IMG/VR virus record: IMGVR_UViG_3300027708_000104
Span: 1 to 49,745 of that record
Source: a virus
Taxonomy: Duplodnaviria; Caudoviricetes
Length of the DNA stretch: 49,745 bases
Direction: 5' to 3' (one strand)
Below, in pieces: positions 10,242-17,413 of this stretch. The notes beneath the pieces were generated by a model that saw nothing but the letters and a program-made list of their open reading frames with translations, had not been told where the DNA came from and made no database searches. The translations under genes were made by a program, and so were the position numbers. Position 1 is the stretch's first letter, and every line of letters begins with the position of its first letter.

Positions 10242-10892
10242 TCAAAAAGGAATATCAGAATCGTCTTCGTCAAAACTATTAGCTGGTGCTTTAGCGATGT
10301 CGTCAACCGTCTTGGTCTTCTTGCTGAGCTTCTCCCACTCAGGTGAAGATTGAATTTTCTTCTTGAGGTTTTCGCTAAATGAATCAAACATTGCCATGTC
10401 TGGGTCTGACAAATTGAACAGTTCTGTTGCATTTACTGCTTCAGGAAGGCCGCTCTTTTTGATGACCGCTGGGACGGGTGATACACCTGCCACATTGACA
10501 TACATCTTGCCATCCTGACCTGCGCGCTCAATAACATTTAACATGCACCACTGACCTATAATGTTTTTCAGGTCAAACTTGCGCATCTCTTCTTGGGAGA
10601 AAGGCTTACCCCTCCAAGATTGCAGATCACCGCGTAGGGTGGCTTTTTCCGACCAAGATAGGGTGTAGTTTTTAAAGATAGCAAATGGTCGCCCATCGCG
10701 CATCTTTATCGGCTCACCCGAATCATTTGTGCCGTGAATCTCCCAACCCAGCATGATCTTGTGCTGGTACTTAACCTCGCCCATGTACTCTGACTTTTGT
10801 GTACCCAGATCAACGATCCGATAGCAACGCGCCAGATGTGCGCCAGCAGGAACTACCTCGAAATTACCTTTGTCTTCTACAATAAAACTCAT
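10242..10892 (-). CDS. Putative ssDNA-binding / replication-recombination protein
   Basis: VPAGAHLARCYRIVDLGTQ N-terminus and acidic SSB-type tail DEDDSDIPF. AAGGAG RBS. Adjacent to the exonuclease. Confidence 0.7.
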   Translation of the reverse strand: MSFIVEDKGNFEVVPAGAHLARCYRIVDLGTQKSEYMGEVKYQHKIMLGWEIHGTNDSGEPIKMRDGRPFAIFKNYTLSWSEKATLRGDLQSWRGKPFSQEEMRKFDLKNIIGQWCMLNVIERAGQDGKMYVNVAGVSPVPAVIKKSGLPEAVNATELFNLSDPDMAMFDSFSENLKKKIQSSPEWEKLSKKTKTVDDIAKAPANSFDEDDSDIPF

Positions 10893-10926
10893 TAATACTC
10901 CTTAAACGGTTACATACCGCGAGGCA

Positions 10927-10957
10927 ACTATAACACACAATTAAAAGTCCGTGTAAA
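10927..10957 (-). promoter_or_regulatory. Leftward sigma70-type promoter with extended -10 (TGTTATAGT)
   Basis: ACTATAACA at 10927-10935 on +; possible -35 TTTACA at 10952-10957. Confidence 0.6.
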
Positions 10958-10976
10958 TTAGTCAAACTTTAAGTTA

Positions 10977-10985
10977 TGCTAGAAT
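10977..10985 (+). promoter_or_regulatory. Rightward extended -10 element (TGCTAGAAT)
   Basis: Lies just upstream of the AGGAGG RBS of the Cro-like gene. Confidence 0.5.
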
Positions 10986-11003
10986 GTGTTGAAAGGAGGA
11001 AAC

Positions 11004-11204
11004 ATGAACCTAGTCGAATATTTTGCAACCGAACCTAGAGGCGCAAAGCTTGAAATGGCTGAGTACCTTGGGATCACACCAACATGGCTATCATTGTTGC
11101 TGGGTGGCAAAAGAAAGCCTTCAGCAATGCTGTGCCTGAAGATAGAAGAAGCAACGCAAAAACTGGTTACGAGAAAAGAACTGCGACCAGATTTGTTCAA
11201 TTGA
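11004..11204 (+). CDS. Cro/YdaS-like HTH transcriptional regulator
   Basis: MAEYLGITPTWLSLLLGGKRKPS HTH and ELRPDLF C-terminus. AGGAGG RBS. Confidence 0.85.
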   Translation: MNLVEYFATEPRGAKLEMAEYLGITPTWLSLLLGGKRKPSAMLCLKIEEATQKLVTRKELRPDLFN

Positions 11205-11220
11205 TTTTAAAGGAGAAAAA

Positions 11221-12018
11221 ATGAAATTAGTGAGACTTGACCAGATCAGATTAGACGGGGGGACACAATTCCGCGATCAGATCGACCAAGATGTAGTCAG
11301 AGACTATTCGGAAAAAATACAGGACGGGAAAATTTTTCCTGCCGTGATGTGTACATTCGATGGGACAACCTATTGGCTGTACGATGGATTCCACCGCTAC
11401 TTTGCTCATCACAACATTGGAATCAAAGAGATAGAGGTGCATTACTTGCCTGGCACTCTTGAGGACGCGCAAGATCTTGCTCTGAGTGCTAACAGCAAAA
11501 ATGGATTACACAGAAACAATGCCACCAAGCGCAAAGTAGTAGAAGGCGCTTTGTCAATGGAGCGCCACAAAAACAAATCTAACCGTGAGATTGCCAAGCT
11601 GTGTGATGTATCGCATCCATTTGTAGCCGCTATCCGCAACCCAGATGCAAAAAAACAACAGTCTGCCAATGTTAAGAAGCATTATCAGAAAAAAGCAAAA
11701 GAAAAAAGTGGAATTGAATTCCACTCTGACTCAAAACCCTTAGTGGTAAACCCTGATAGACCATCTATTCTTGATGACTTTGCGCCCTCAGAAGAGGAGA
11801 TAAGAAGCTCTGAGCAGTTCTTGGCGGCACAAAACCAGACGATAGTTGACTTACTTGAATCTGACGACAAGCTTGCGACAGCTTACGACAAAATAAAAAT
11901 CTTGACCTTAGAAAACGAGCACCAGCGTATCACGATCAACCGATTGATGAATACCAACAGTGAGCTTGAGAAGATGGTTAAGTCATTGCAAAAACAAATT
12001 AGTAAAGATAAAAAATGA
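11221..12018 (+). CDS. parB: ParB/Srx N-terminal domain protein with HTH and C-terminal coiled coil
   Basis: WLYDGFHRY ParB motif and SNREIAKLCDVSHPFVAAIR HTH. Confidence 0.8.
   Translation: MKLVRLDQIRLDGGTQFRDQIDQDVVRDYSEKIQDGKIFPAVMCTFDGTTYWLYDGFHRYFAHHNIGIKEIEVHYLPGTLEDAQDLALSANSKNGLHRNNATKRKVVEGALSMERHKNKSNREIAKLCDVSHPFVAAIRNPDAKKQQSANVKKHYQKKAKEKSGIEFHSDSKPLVVNPDRPSILDDFAPSEEEIRSSEQFLAAQNQTIVDLLESDDKLATAYDKIKILTLENEHQRITINRLMNTNSELEKMVKSLQKQISKDKK
11707..11725. repeat. Palindrome copy 1 (AGTGGAATTGAATTCCACT)
   Basis: Perfect dyad inside the parB-like gene; recurs at 21561, 26452 and 38083. Confidence 0.9.
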
Positions 12019-13547
12019 ACAAAATCCTAGCACCAAGTGAGTGTGATGACGGATTCCCAAAACCAAGACCTTTCCAGCTAAGCGCACACGAAAAGTTGCG
12101 CGAAGGCTTCAAGGCTGGTCATAAACGTCAGATCATTATGGCGCCTACAGGCGCAGGCAAGACATACCTTGGGTTGCGTATCTGCAACGAGGCTGTGCAA
12201 AGGGGTAAGCGCGCAGTATTTCTGTGTGACAGAACCACCCTGATAAATCAAACTTCTGAGGTAGCAGACTCTTATGGGCTGACTGAGCATGGAGTGATAC
12301 AGGCTAACCACTGGAGAAGACATGCCGACAGACTGCTACAGATAGCCTCTGTGCAGACAATTGCCAAGCGGGAGTATTGGCCACAGCTGGATGTTTTGGT
12401 GGTGGATGAGTGTCATACCCAGCATAAGGCATGGGTTGACTATGCAAAGCAGAGTGGTGCGGCGATCATAGGGTTGTCTGCAACCCCCTTCTCTACTGGT
12501 CTTGGCAATGTGTTCACGAACCTCATAAACGCTACCACAATGCACGAGCTGACTGAGTCAGGGGTGTTGGTGCCTATGCGTATATTTTCTTGCACAAAGC
12601 CCGATATGACGGGTGCCAAGACGATTGGAGGCGAGTGGTCTGACAAGGCGGCTGAAGAGCGTGGCATGGAAATAATTGGGGATGTGGTTCAGGAGTGGTT
12701 AAAGTTTGCCGAAAACCGCAAGACGATTGTGTTTGGCGCAACGATTAACCACTGTAAACAATTGGCCAATCAATTTATTACACATGGAATCATAGCGGCT
12801 GTTTTCACATCCGAAACAACTGCTGTTGAGAGGAAAAAACTTTTAGATGAGTACCGCAAGAAAGACAGTGTCTTGCGCGTGTTGATCAGTGTGGAAGCTT
12901 TGGCGAAGGGTTTTGATGTGCCTGATGTGGGCTGTGTGTGTGATGCTCGCCCATTGCGTAAGTCATTGTCTACCGCCATACAGATGTGGGGGCGTGGCTT
13001 GCGATCCTCTCCGCAAACTGGTAAAAATGATTGCTATCTTCTTGACTTTAGTGGAAACATTATCAGATTTGCCGAAGACTTTACCGACATATTTTTCAAT
13101 GGATTGGATAAGCTCGACAGCGGTGAGAAGTTAGATAAGAAGATCCGCAAGGACGAGGATTATGAGCTGAAGGGTTGCCCAAAGTGTGGGTACAAGCCAT
13201 TTGTAAAGCGGTGCATGTCATGTGGATTCGAGAGACAACCAAAGCCTATGGACAATGCACTAGCAGGTGTCATGAAAGAAATTTATATCGGCGAGGGTAA
13301 AAACAAGAAGAAATTAGCGGACAATGCCGAGCACTTGTGGCATCAGGTGGTTACATATGCGCGTCAGCATAGCAAGCCTGAGACACAGCAGGGAAGAGCA
13401 TGGCATCTGTACAGAAAGATCATGGGTCATGAGCCTGTGTGGAAGTTCAGTACAGCGCCAAATGTAGAGATTACAAACAATGTCAAAAACAAAATCACGC
13501 AGATGAACATGGCGTGGAAAAAAGGAGCAGGTAAATGGACTTCGTAA
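12015..13547 (+). CDS. Superfamily 2 helicase (DExH) with C-terminal Zn finger
   Basis: APTGAGKT, DECH, SAT, GFD, QMWGRGLR and CPKC...CMSC. Confidence 0.92.
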   Translation: MNKILAPSECDDGFPKPRPFQLSAHEKLREGFKAGHKRQIIMAPTGAGKTYLGLRICNEAVQRGKRAVFLCDRTTLINQTSEVADSYGLTEHGVIQANHWRRHADRLLQIASVQTIAKREYWPQLDVLVVDECHTQHKAWVDYAKQSGAAIIGLSATPFSTGLGNVFTNLINATTMHELTESGVLVPMRIFSCTKPDMTGAKTIGGEWSDKAAEERGMEIIGDVVQEWLKFAENRKTIVFGATINHCKQLANQFITHGIIAAVFTSETTAVERKKLLDEYRKKDSVLRVLISVEALAKGFDVPDVGCVCDARPLRKSLSTAIQMWGRGLRSSPQTGKNDCYLLDFSGNIIRFAEDFTDIFFNGLDKLDSGEKLDKKIRKDEDYELKGCPKCGYKPFVKRCMSCGFERQPKPMDNALAGVMKEIYIGEGKNKKKLADNAEHLWHQVVTYARQHSKPETQQGRAWHLYRKIMGHEPVWKFSTAPNVEITNNVKNKITQMNMAWKKGAGKWTS

Positions 13548-14413
13548 GTTTTGCCCATAGTCATGGGTTGGTAATTGATTCACTTTTTCCATCTGAGCGC
13601 ATCAAGCGCTGTGGAACCATTGACAAGCCAAGGTCAACAAATGGCGCGTATTTTTATGATGGTCAAAAGGGGTGGGTATTTAACTGGGCGGGTGACGCAA
13701 GAGTGATTTGGTATAACGACCCAAACCAAAAGCCTTGGACTATGGAAGAAAAGTTTGCATGGATGAAAAAGCGCCAAGAGCAATCAGCCAAGCAAAATCA
13801 ATCCTATGAAATAGCCGCCGAGCGCGCAGAGATAGTCCTGCGCGAATGCCAGCTGATGGATCATGCATACTTAGAGTTTAAAGGATTCAAGGGCATGAAA
13901 GGGTTTGTTTACAAAGAGTCTTTGATGATTCCTATGAGAAATGTCGTAACAAACAAACTTCAGGGCTTACAAGAGATTTATTGGGACGAGCCGAACCGCA
14001 AGTATGAGAAGAAGATGATGATGGGCATGAAGGCTAAGAATGCGGTGCATTGGCTTGGTGATAGGAATGCCAAGGAGAAGTGGTTAGTTGAGGGATATGC
14101 AACTGGTTTGTCTTTGCATCATGCACTGCGTAGTGTTGGGATGCAGGCGGCGGTGGTGGTTTGTTTTTCTGCAAATAATCTTGTACAAGTTTCTGCACAA
14201 ATCAAGGGTGACAGATATGTTTTTGCCGACAATGATGCAAGTCAGACTGGACAAAAATCGGCAATAAGTACTGAACTACCTTGGACAATGGCAGATCAAG
14301 AGGGATATGATGCTAACGATTTGCATGAAAAACATGGTTTGTTAGAGGTGGTAAAAAAAGTTATGGAGTTGCGAAAAAAAGTATTGACACAACAACTAGA
14401 AAACACTGTATAA
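13535..14413 (+). CDS. TOPRIM-domain DNA primase
   Basis: VEGYATG, FADND and DAND TOPRIM motifs. Coupled to the helicase. Confidence 0.85.
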   Translation: MDFVSFAHSHGLVIDSLFPSERIKRCGTIDKPRSTNGAYFYDGQKGWVFNWAGDARVIWYNDPNQKPWTMEEKFAWMKKRQEQSAKQNQSYEIAAERAEIVLRECQLMDHAYLEFKGFKGMKGFVYKESLMIPMRNVVTNKLQGLQEIYWDEPNRKYEKKMMMGMKAKNAVHWLGDRNAKEKWLVEGYATGLSLHHALRSVGMQAAVVVCFSANNLVQVSAQIKGDRYVFADNDASQTGQKSAISTELPWTMADQEGYDANDLHEKHGLLEVVKKVMELRKKVLTQQLENTV

Positions 14414-14414
14414 T
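14384..14414 (+). promoter_or_regulatory. Consensus sigma70 promoter driving the non-coding region
   Basis: TTGACA (14384) - 19 nt - TATAAT (14409). The spacer is longer than optimal. Confidence 0.65.
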
Positions 14415-14419
14415 CCAAT

Positions 14420-14980
14420 GCATCAACGGATTGGTAACCCGTTGTAGTTCACAGAAACGTATCCGCAAACCCATTGGTGAGCGGGCTTCGTCAAAGCTAA
14501 GGGATCCTGTCTGTGCAGACCTTTATGCGGCAACCAAGCCTAAAGCTCGTTCACCAATGGGTTTTTTGCTTTCTGCCTTACCCGTACTCCGCACGATAGA
14601 AAGCACCTCAATCGTGGTGGCGCGGAAGGAAAGCGTACACGGTATGCAACCGTGGATTTGATGATGGTGTTTGTTGAGTTAATGTCGCATCCAGCAAGAA
14701 GTCTTTTAGGCCGTTCCTTGATGCCACCACTGAGCATTTACTTGGGCAAACCAAGCGCCATCATCAAGTCCATGGGCTAGGGGGCAGTTCCCGAACAATC
14801 CGTGCGACTGGTCGAATCATCAAGTCGGGGGCAGAACTTACGTTCGCATGATGATCCTGTTTTCAGGGGTGAAGCACCTTCTCCTTTCTACTCTCTCTGG
14901 GGGTAGGGGGGTCTTTGGGTGAAAGGTATTGAGGATGCCCAAGGAGGGCAAAAAGGACGAGGGCAATTGCCCCTTTTTTT
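14420..14980 (+). ncRNA. Putative large structured RNA, family unassigned
   Basis: Promoter upstream and terminator-like end. Contains 22-bp and 24-bp stems whose only non-Watson-Crick pairs are G-U. No convincing CDS. Confidence 0.6.
14960..14980 (+). terminator. Possible terminator
   Basis: GGGC-aatt-GCCC followed by T7; the stem is short. Confidence 0.45.
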
Positions 14981-15000
14981 AACTACATGCTGTAATTTCC

Positions 15001-15009
15001 TGTTATAGT
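15001..15009 (+). promoter_or_regulatory. Extended -10 TGTTATAGT
   Basis: Upstream of the TAAGGAG RBS. The same 9-mer occurs at four other operon starts. Confidence 0.6.
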
Positions 15010-15044
15010 GTGTTCACCACGATGTTGTGGGTAAGGAGAAAAGA

Positions 15045-15218
15045 ATGAATGAGTCGATGTTTATTTGCAAATTTGAATGCGGTGATTTTGATGCCGAGTA
15101 CTATGAATTTATTGCTGAGCGTTGTGATGCTTGGACAAAACAAAAAGTTGAGCGCATCATAGAAAGCGGTGAGATGTTTGATGAATTTATGGATCACATG
15201 ATTGGAAACTGGGCATGA
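15045..15218 (+). CDS. Hypothetical acidic protein
   Basis: ATG after AAGGAG RBS. Confidence 0.6.
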   Translation: MNESMFICKFECGDFDAEYYEFIAERCDAWTKQKVERIIESGEMFDEFMDHMIGNWA

Positions 15219-15484
15219 ATGAATCGCTTTGGAGAAAGAGAAAAGATGTCTTCGTCCGAGAAGGATTAGAAGAAGGGAAGGCTAGAGATCTTGCCGCGCA
15301 GATGATGTTGCGTGACTATGAGGGTGGCTTAGACGACAGGCGTGTGTGCTTTGAGTGCAGAAACTACAAAAACAATGAGTGCTCTGCTTACATGGTTGGT
15401 AAGGGAAGATTTAAAACAAAGATGACGCCTTTGCGGTTTACTTTGCAAAGATGTGATCGATTTCATTTAAGGGGAGCTGTATGA
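15215..15484 (+). CDS. Hypothetical Cys-rich (Zn-binding) protein
   Basis: DDRRVCFEC...C...RCDRF; ATGA overlap. Confidence 0.65.
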   Translation: MNESLWRKRKDVFVREGLEEGKARDLAAQMMLRDYEGGLDDRRVCFECRNYKNNECSAYMVGKGRFKTKMTPLRFTLQRCDRFHLRGAV

Positions 15485-15978
15485 CCAAGTTATGGGTTGA
15501 CCCACCAGAGGGTTGGAAGTTTGGATTTCCAGCTATCTATGACCCCAGTACAGATGGACAGATGAGTGAGTGGATTGTCAGAAAAGGCTACCCACTTCTG
15601 ACAATAAAAGAGTATGGAGAGCAATGGCATGTCCGTTGTTGGCCTGCGGAAGAGCCTGAAAAATATCCCGATCAGGTCATAAATGCACAAAAACACTCTG
15701 AAGTGATAAAAAATACCCCGATCGGGACAAAAATGCGCAAAACCACACGCGAAGAAAAGATAAGCAAACCCGCCGTGTATGAAGTGCCAGAAGAGACTCA
15801 TCGGAAGGTTACAGTTTCTGAGGTTTTAGAGGAGTTGAACTTCGCCAAGTTGCGAATTCAAGAGTTGCGTGACCGAATAGACGTGTTGGAGAAAGAGAAT
15901 GTAAACCATAGCGGACAAAACAGACCTAACTTGTTCAAAACGACCGCTATGACGGACCTTAAGGAGAAGAACACATGA
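15481..15978 (+). CDS. Hypothetical mosaic protein (WVDPPEGWKFGFP N-terminus)
   Basis: ATGA overlap; ends in LKEKNT junction motif. Confidence 0.6.
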   Translation: MTKLWVDPPEGWKFGFPAIYDPSTDGQMSEWIVRKGYPLLTIKEYGEQWHVRCWPAEEPEKYPDQVINAQKHSEVIKNTPIGTKMRKTTREEKISKPAVYEVPEETHRKVTVSEVLEELNFAKLRIQELRDRIDVLEKENVNHSGQNRPNLFKTTAMTDLKEKNT

Positions 15979-16089
15979 CATCCTTTTTCTACGGGGTTAT
16001 TTTTGGTTTTGCTCTTGGTGCCGCAATAAATTTTCTAATTGGGTTTGTTGGTGCATGGATTAAAGATATAAGGAGAAGAACACATGACA
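15960..16089 (+). repeat. 21-bp direct repeat TAAGGAGAAGAACACATGACA at gene junctions
   Basis: Exact copies at 15960-15980 and 16069-16089; partial AGGAGAAGAACA at about 16256. Confidence 0.9.
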
Positions 16090-16097
16090 CAAGATGA
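15975..16097 (+). CDS. Small membrane protein (40 aa), not in ORF track
   Basis: MTSFFYGVIFGFALGAAINFLIGFVGAWIKDIRRRTHDTR after AAGGAG RBS. Confidence 0.55.
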   Translation: MTSFFYGVIFGFALGAAINFLIGFVGAWIKDIRRRTHDTR

Positions 16098-16275
16098 AAT
16101 GATTGCCAAGTTGACAGAGATGTTAGAGATACAACAAAAGTTGCATGAGACAGCGATAGATATGCTCAAGCCCGCAGTCGATGCGGCGTATCAGAAAGGC
16201 TACGCTGATGCAATGGGTTGGAAGACACAAAACCATCTTGAGCATTTGCCCCCACAGGAGAAGAACAATGCTTGA
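16084..16275 (+). CDS. Hypothetical protein
   Basis: RBS present, AYQKGYAD motif, ends QEKNNA. Confidence 0.6.
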   Translation: MTQDEMIAKLTEMLEIQQKLHETAIDMLKPAVDAAYQKGYADAMGWKTQNHLEHLPPQEKNNA

Positions 16276-16369
16276 AACTATTGCATGGGTAGTTATGTTG
16301 ATGTGCATGGGCGGGGCAATCGTGGTGCTAGTTGGTGTTGCTGTATTCATGATGTCGGAGGAAAAATGA
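16268..16369 (+). CDS. Small membrane protein (MLETIAWVVMLMCMGGAIVVLVGVAVFMMSEEK)
   Basis: AGGAG RBS; single hydrophobic span. Confidence 0.55.
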   Translation: MLETIAWVVMLMCMGGAIVVLVGVAVFMMSEEK

Positions 16370-16827
16370 GAAAGCTTGGCGTAGACCCAGGCGCATCGGG
16401 CGCAATTGTTCTTCTAGAAGATGGAAAACCTATTGAATGGGCAATGATGCCAACCATGAAGATTGGTACCACAACCCGTGTTAACGCTGTAGCTTTGGCG
16501 GCAATTATCCGTAGTTACATGAAACAGGATGAACCTTTGATTGCTTTTGTTGAGCAAGTACATGCCATGCCCAAGCAAGGGGTGTCAAGCATGTTCTCGT
16601 TTGGTCATTCATGTGGGGTCATTGCAGGCGTACTGGGTGCGTTTGAGATACCTGTGACCTACGTAACTCCACAGATGTGGAAGATGCGCGCACACCTGAC
16701 AAACAAAGACAAAGATGCGGCTCGGTCACTGGCTATACAGATGTGGCCACACTGGCGTGAGTTGGATAAAAAGGGTCAGGGTCAAGCTCTGGCGGATGCG
16801 GCTTTAATTGCGAGGTATGGACTATGA
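16366..16827 (+). CDS. ruvC: RuvC-like Holliday junction resolvase
   Basis: LGVDPGASGA, FVEQV, SMFSFG, VTPQMWK and ADAALIA. ATGA overlap start. Confidence 0.85.
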   Translation: MRKLGVDPGASGAIVLLEDGKPIEWAMMPTMKIGTTTRVNAVALAAIIRSYMKQDEPLIAFVEQVHAMPKQGVSSMFSFGHSCGVIAGVLGAFEIPVTYVTPQMWKMRAHLTNKDKDAARSLAIQMWPHWRELDKKGQGQALADAALIARYGL

Positions 16828-17078
16828 CTATGACATTCACTTACACCGAAAACGGTGTGCAAAAAGCTCTTTACTCAACTGAAGAGACAAACCTAAAAGA
16901 ACTTCTATATGACTTTGAATCATTCCTACTTGGGTGTGGCTACAAGATAGAAGATATTGAAAAGCTCAACTGGGAATCAATCTCACTGGACAAAGGTTGT
17001 GCTCAAAGGGGTTGCGTTGCAATAGACAATCATGCGCCGCCAGAGGAAAGAGAAATTGTTTACAGGATGCCGAAATGA
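16824..17078 (+). CDS. Hypothetical protein
   Basis: FESFLLGCGY motif; overlaps both neighbours. Confidence 0.6.
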   Translation: MTMTFTYTENGVQKALYSTEETNLKELLYDFESFLLGCGYKIEDIEKLNWESISLDKGCAQRGCVAIDNHAPPEEREIVYRMPK

Positions 17079-17413
17079 ATCAAAAACAAATTAACGACGC
17101 AGTAGATTACATCTACACACATGGGCAAAAGTATGCTGAAGCTAAAGCTGAAGTAACATACATTGAGGAGTACCGCAAGAGTCTGAAGGCTATGCTCATG
17201 CAGACAGCATTAGAGAAGGGTGCAAAGTCCGCGGCAGTAGCTGAGATGATGGCCTATGCAGATGTTCAGTATGTTGAACTTTTAAAAGGGCTAAAAGTGG
17301 CTGTAGAGAAGGCAGAAGGTCTACGCTGGGGGTTAGTGTCAGCGCAAGCAAGAATTGATGTATGGCGCTCTTTAGAGGCTTCCAATCGTACGATGGATAG
17401 GGCGGTGGCATGA
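17075..17413 (+). CDS. Helical phage protein (possibly UvsY-like)
   Basis: YAEAKAE...IDVWRSLEASNR; ATGA overlap. Confidence 0.55.
   Translation: MNQKQINDAVDYIYTHGQKYAEAKAEVTYIEEYRKSLKAMLMQTALEKGAKSAAVAEMMAYADVQYVELLKGLKVAVEKAEGLRWGLVSAQARIDVWRSLEASNRTMDRAVA

Noticed and set aside
14431-14737. ORFs 14431-14661 (+) and 14540-14737 (-)
   Set aside because: No RBS or protein-like features. The RNA stems explain the sequence better.
14802-14980. Group II intron (GTGCGA 5' end) or retron ncRNA
   Set aside because: No domain V recognised, no interrupted gene and no reverse transcriptase in the window.
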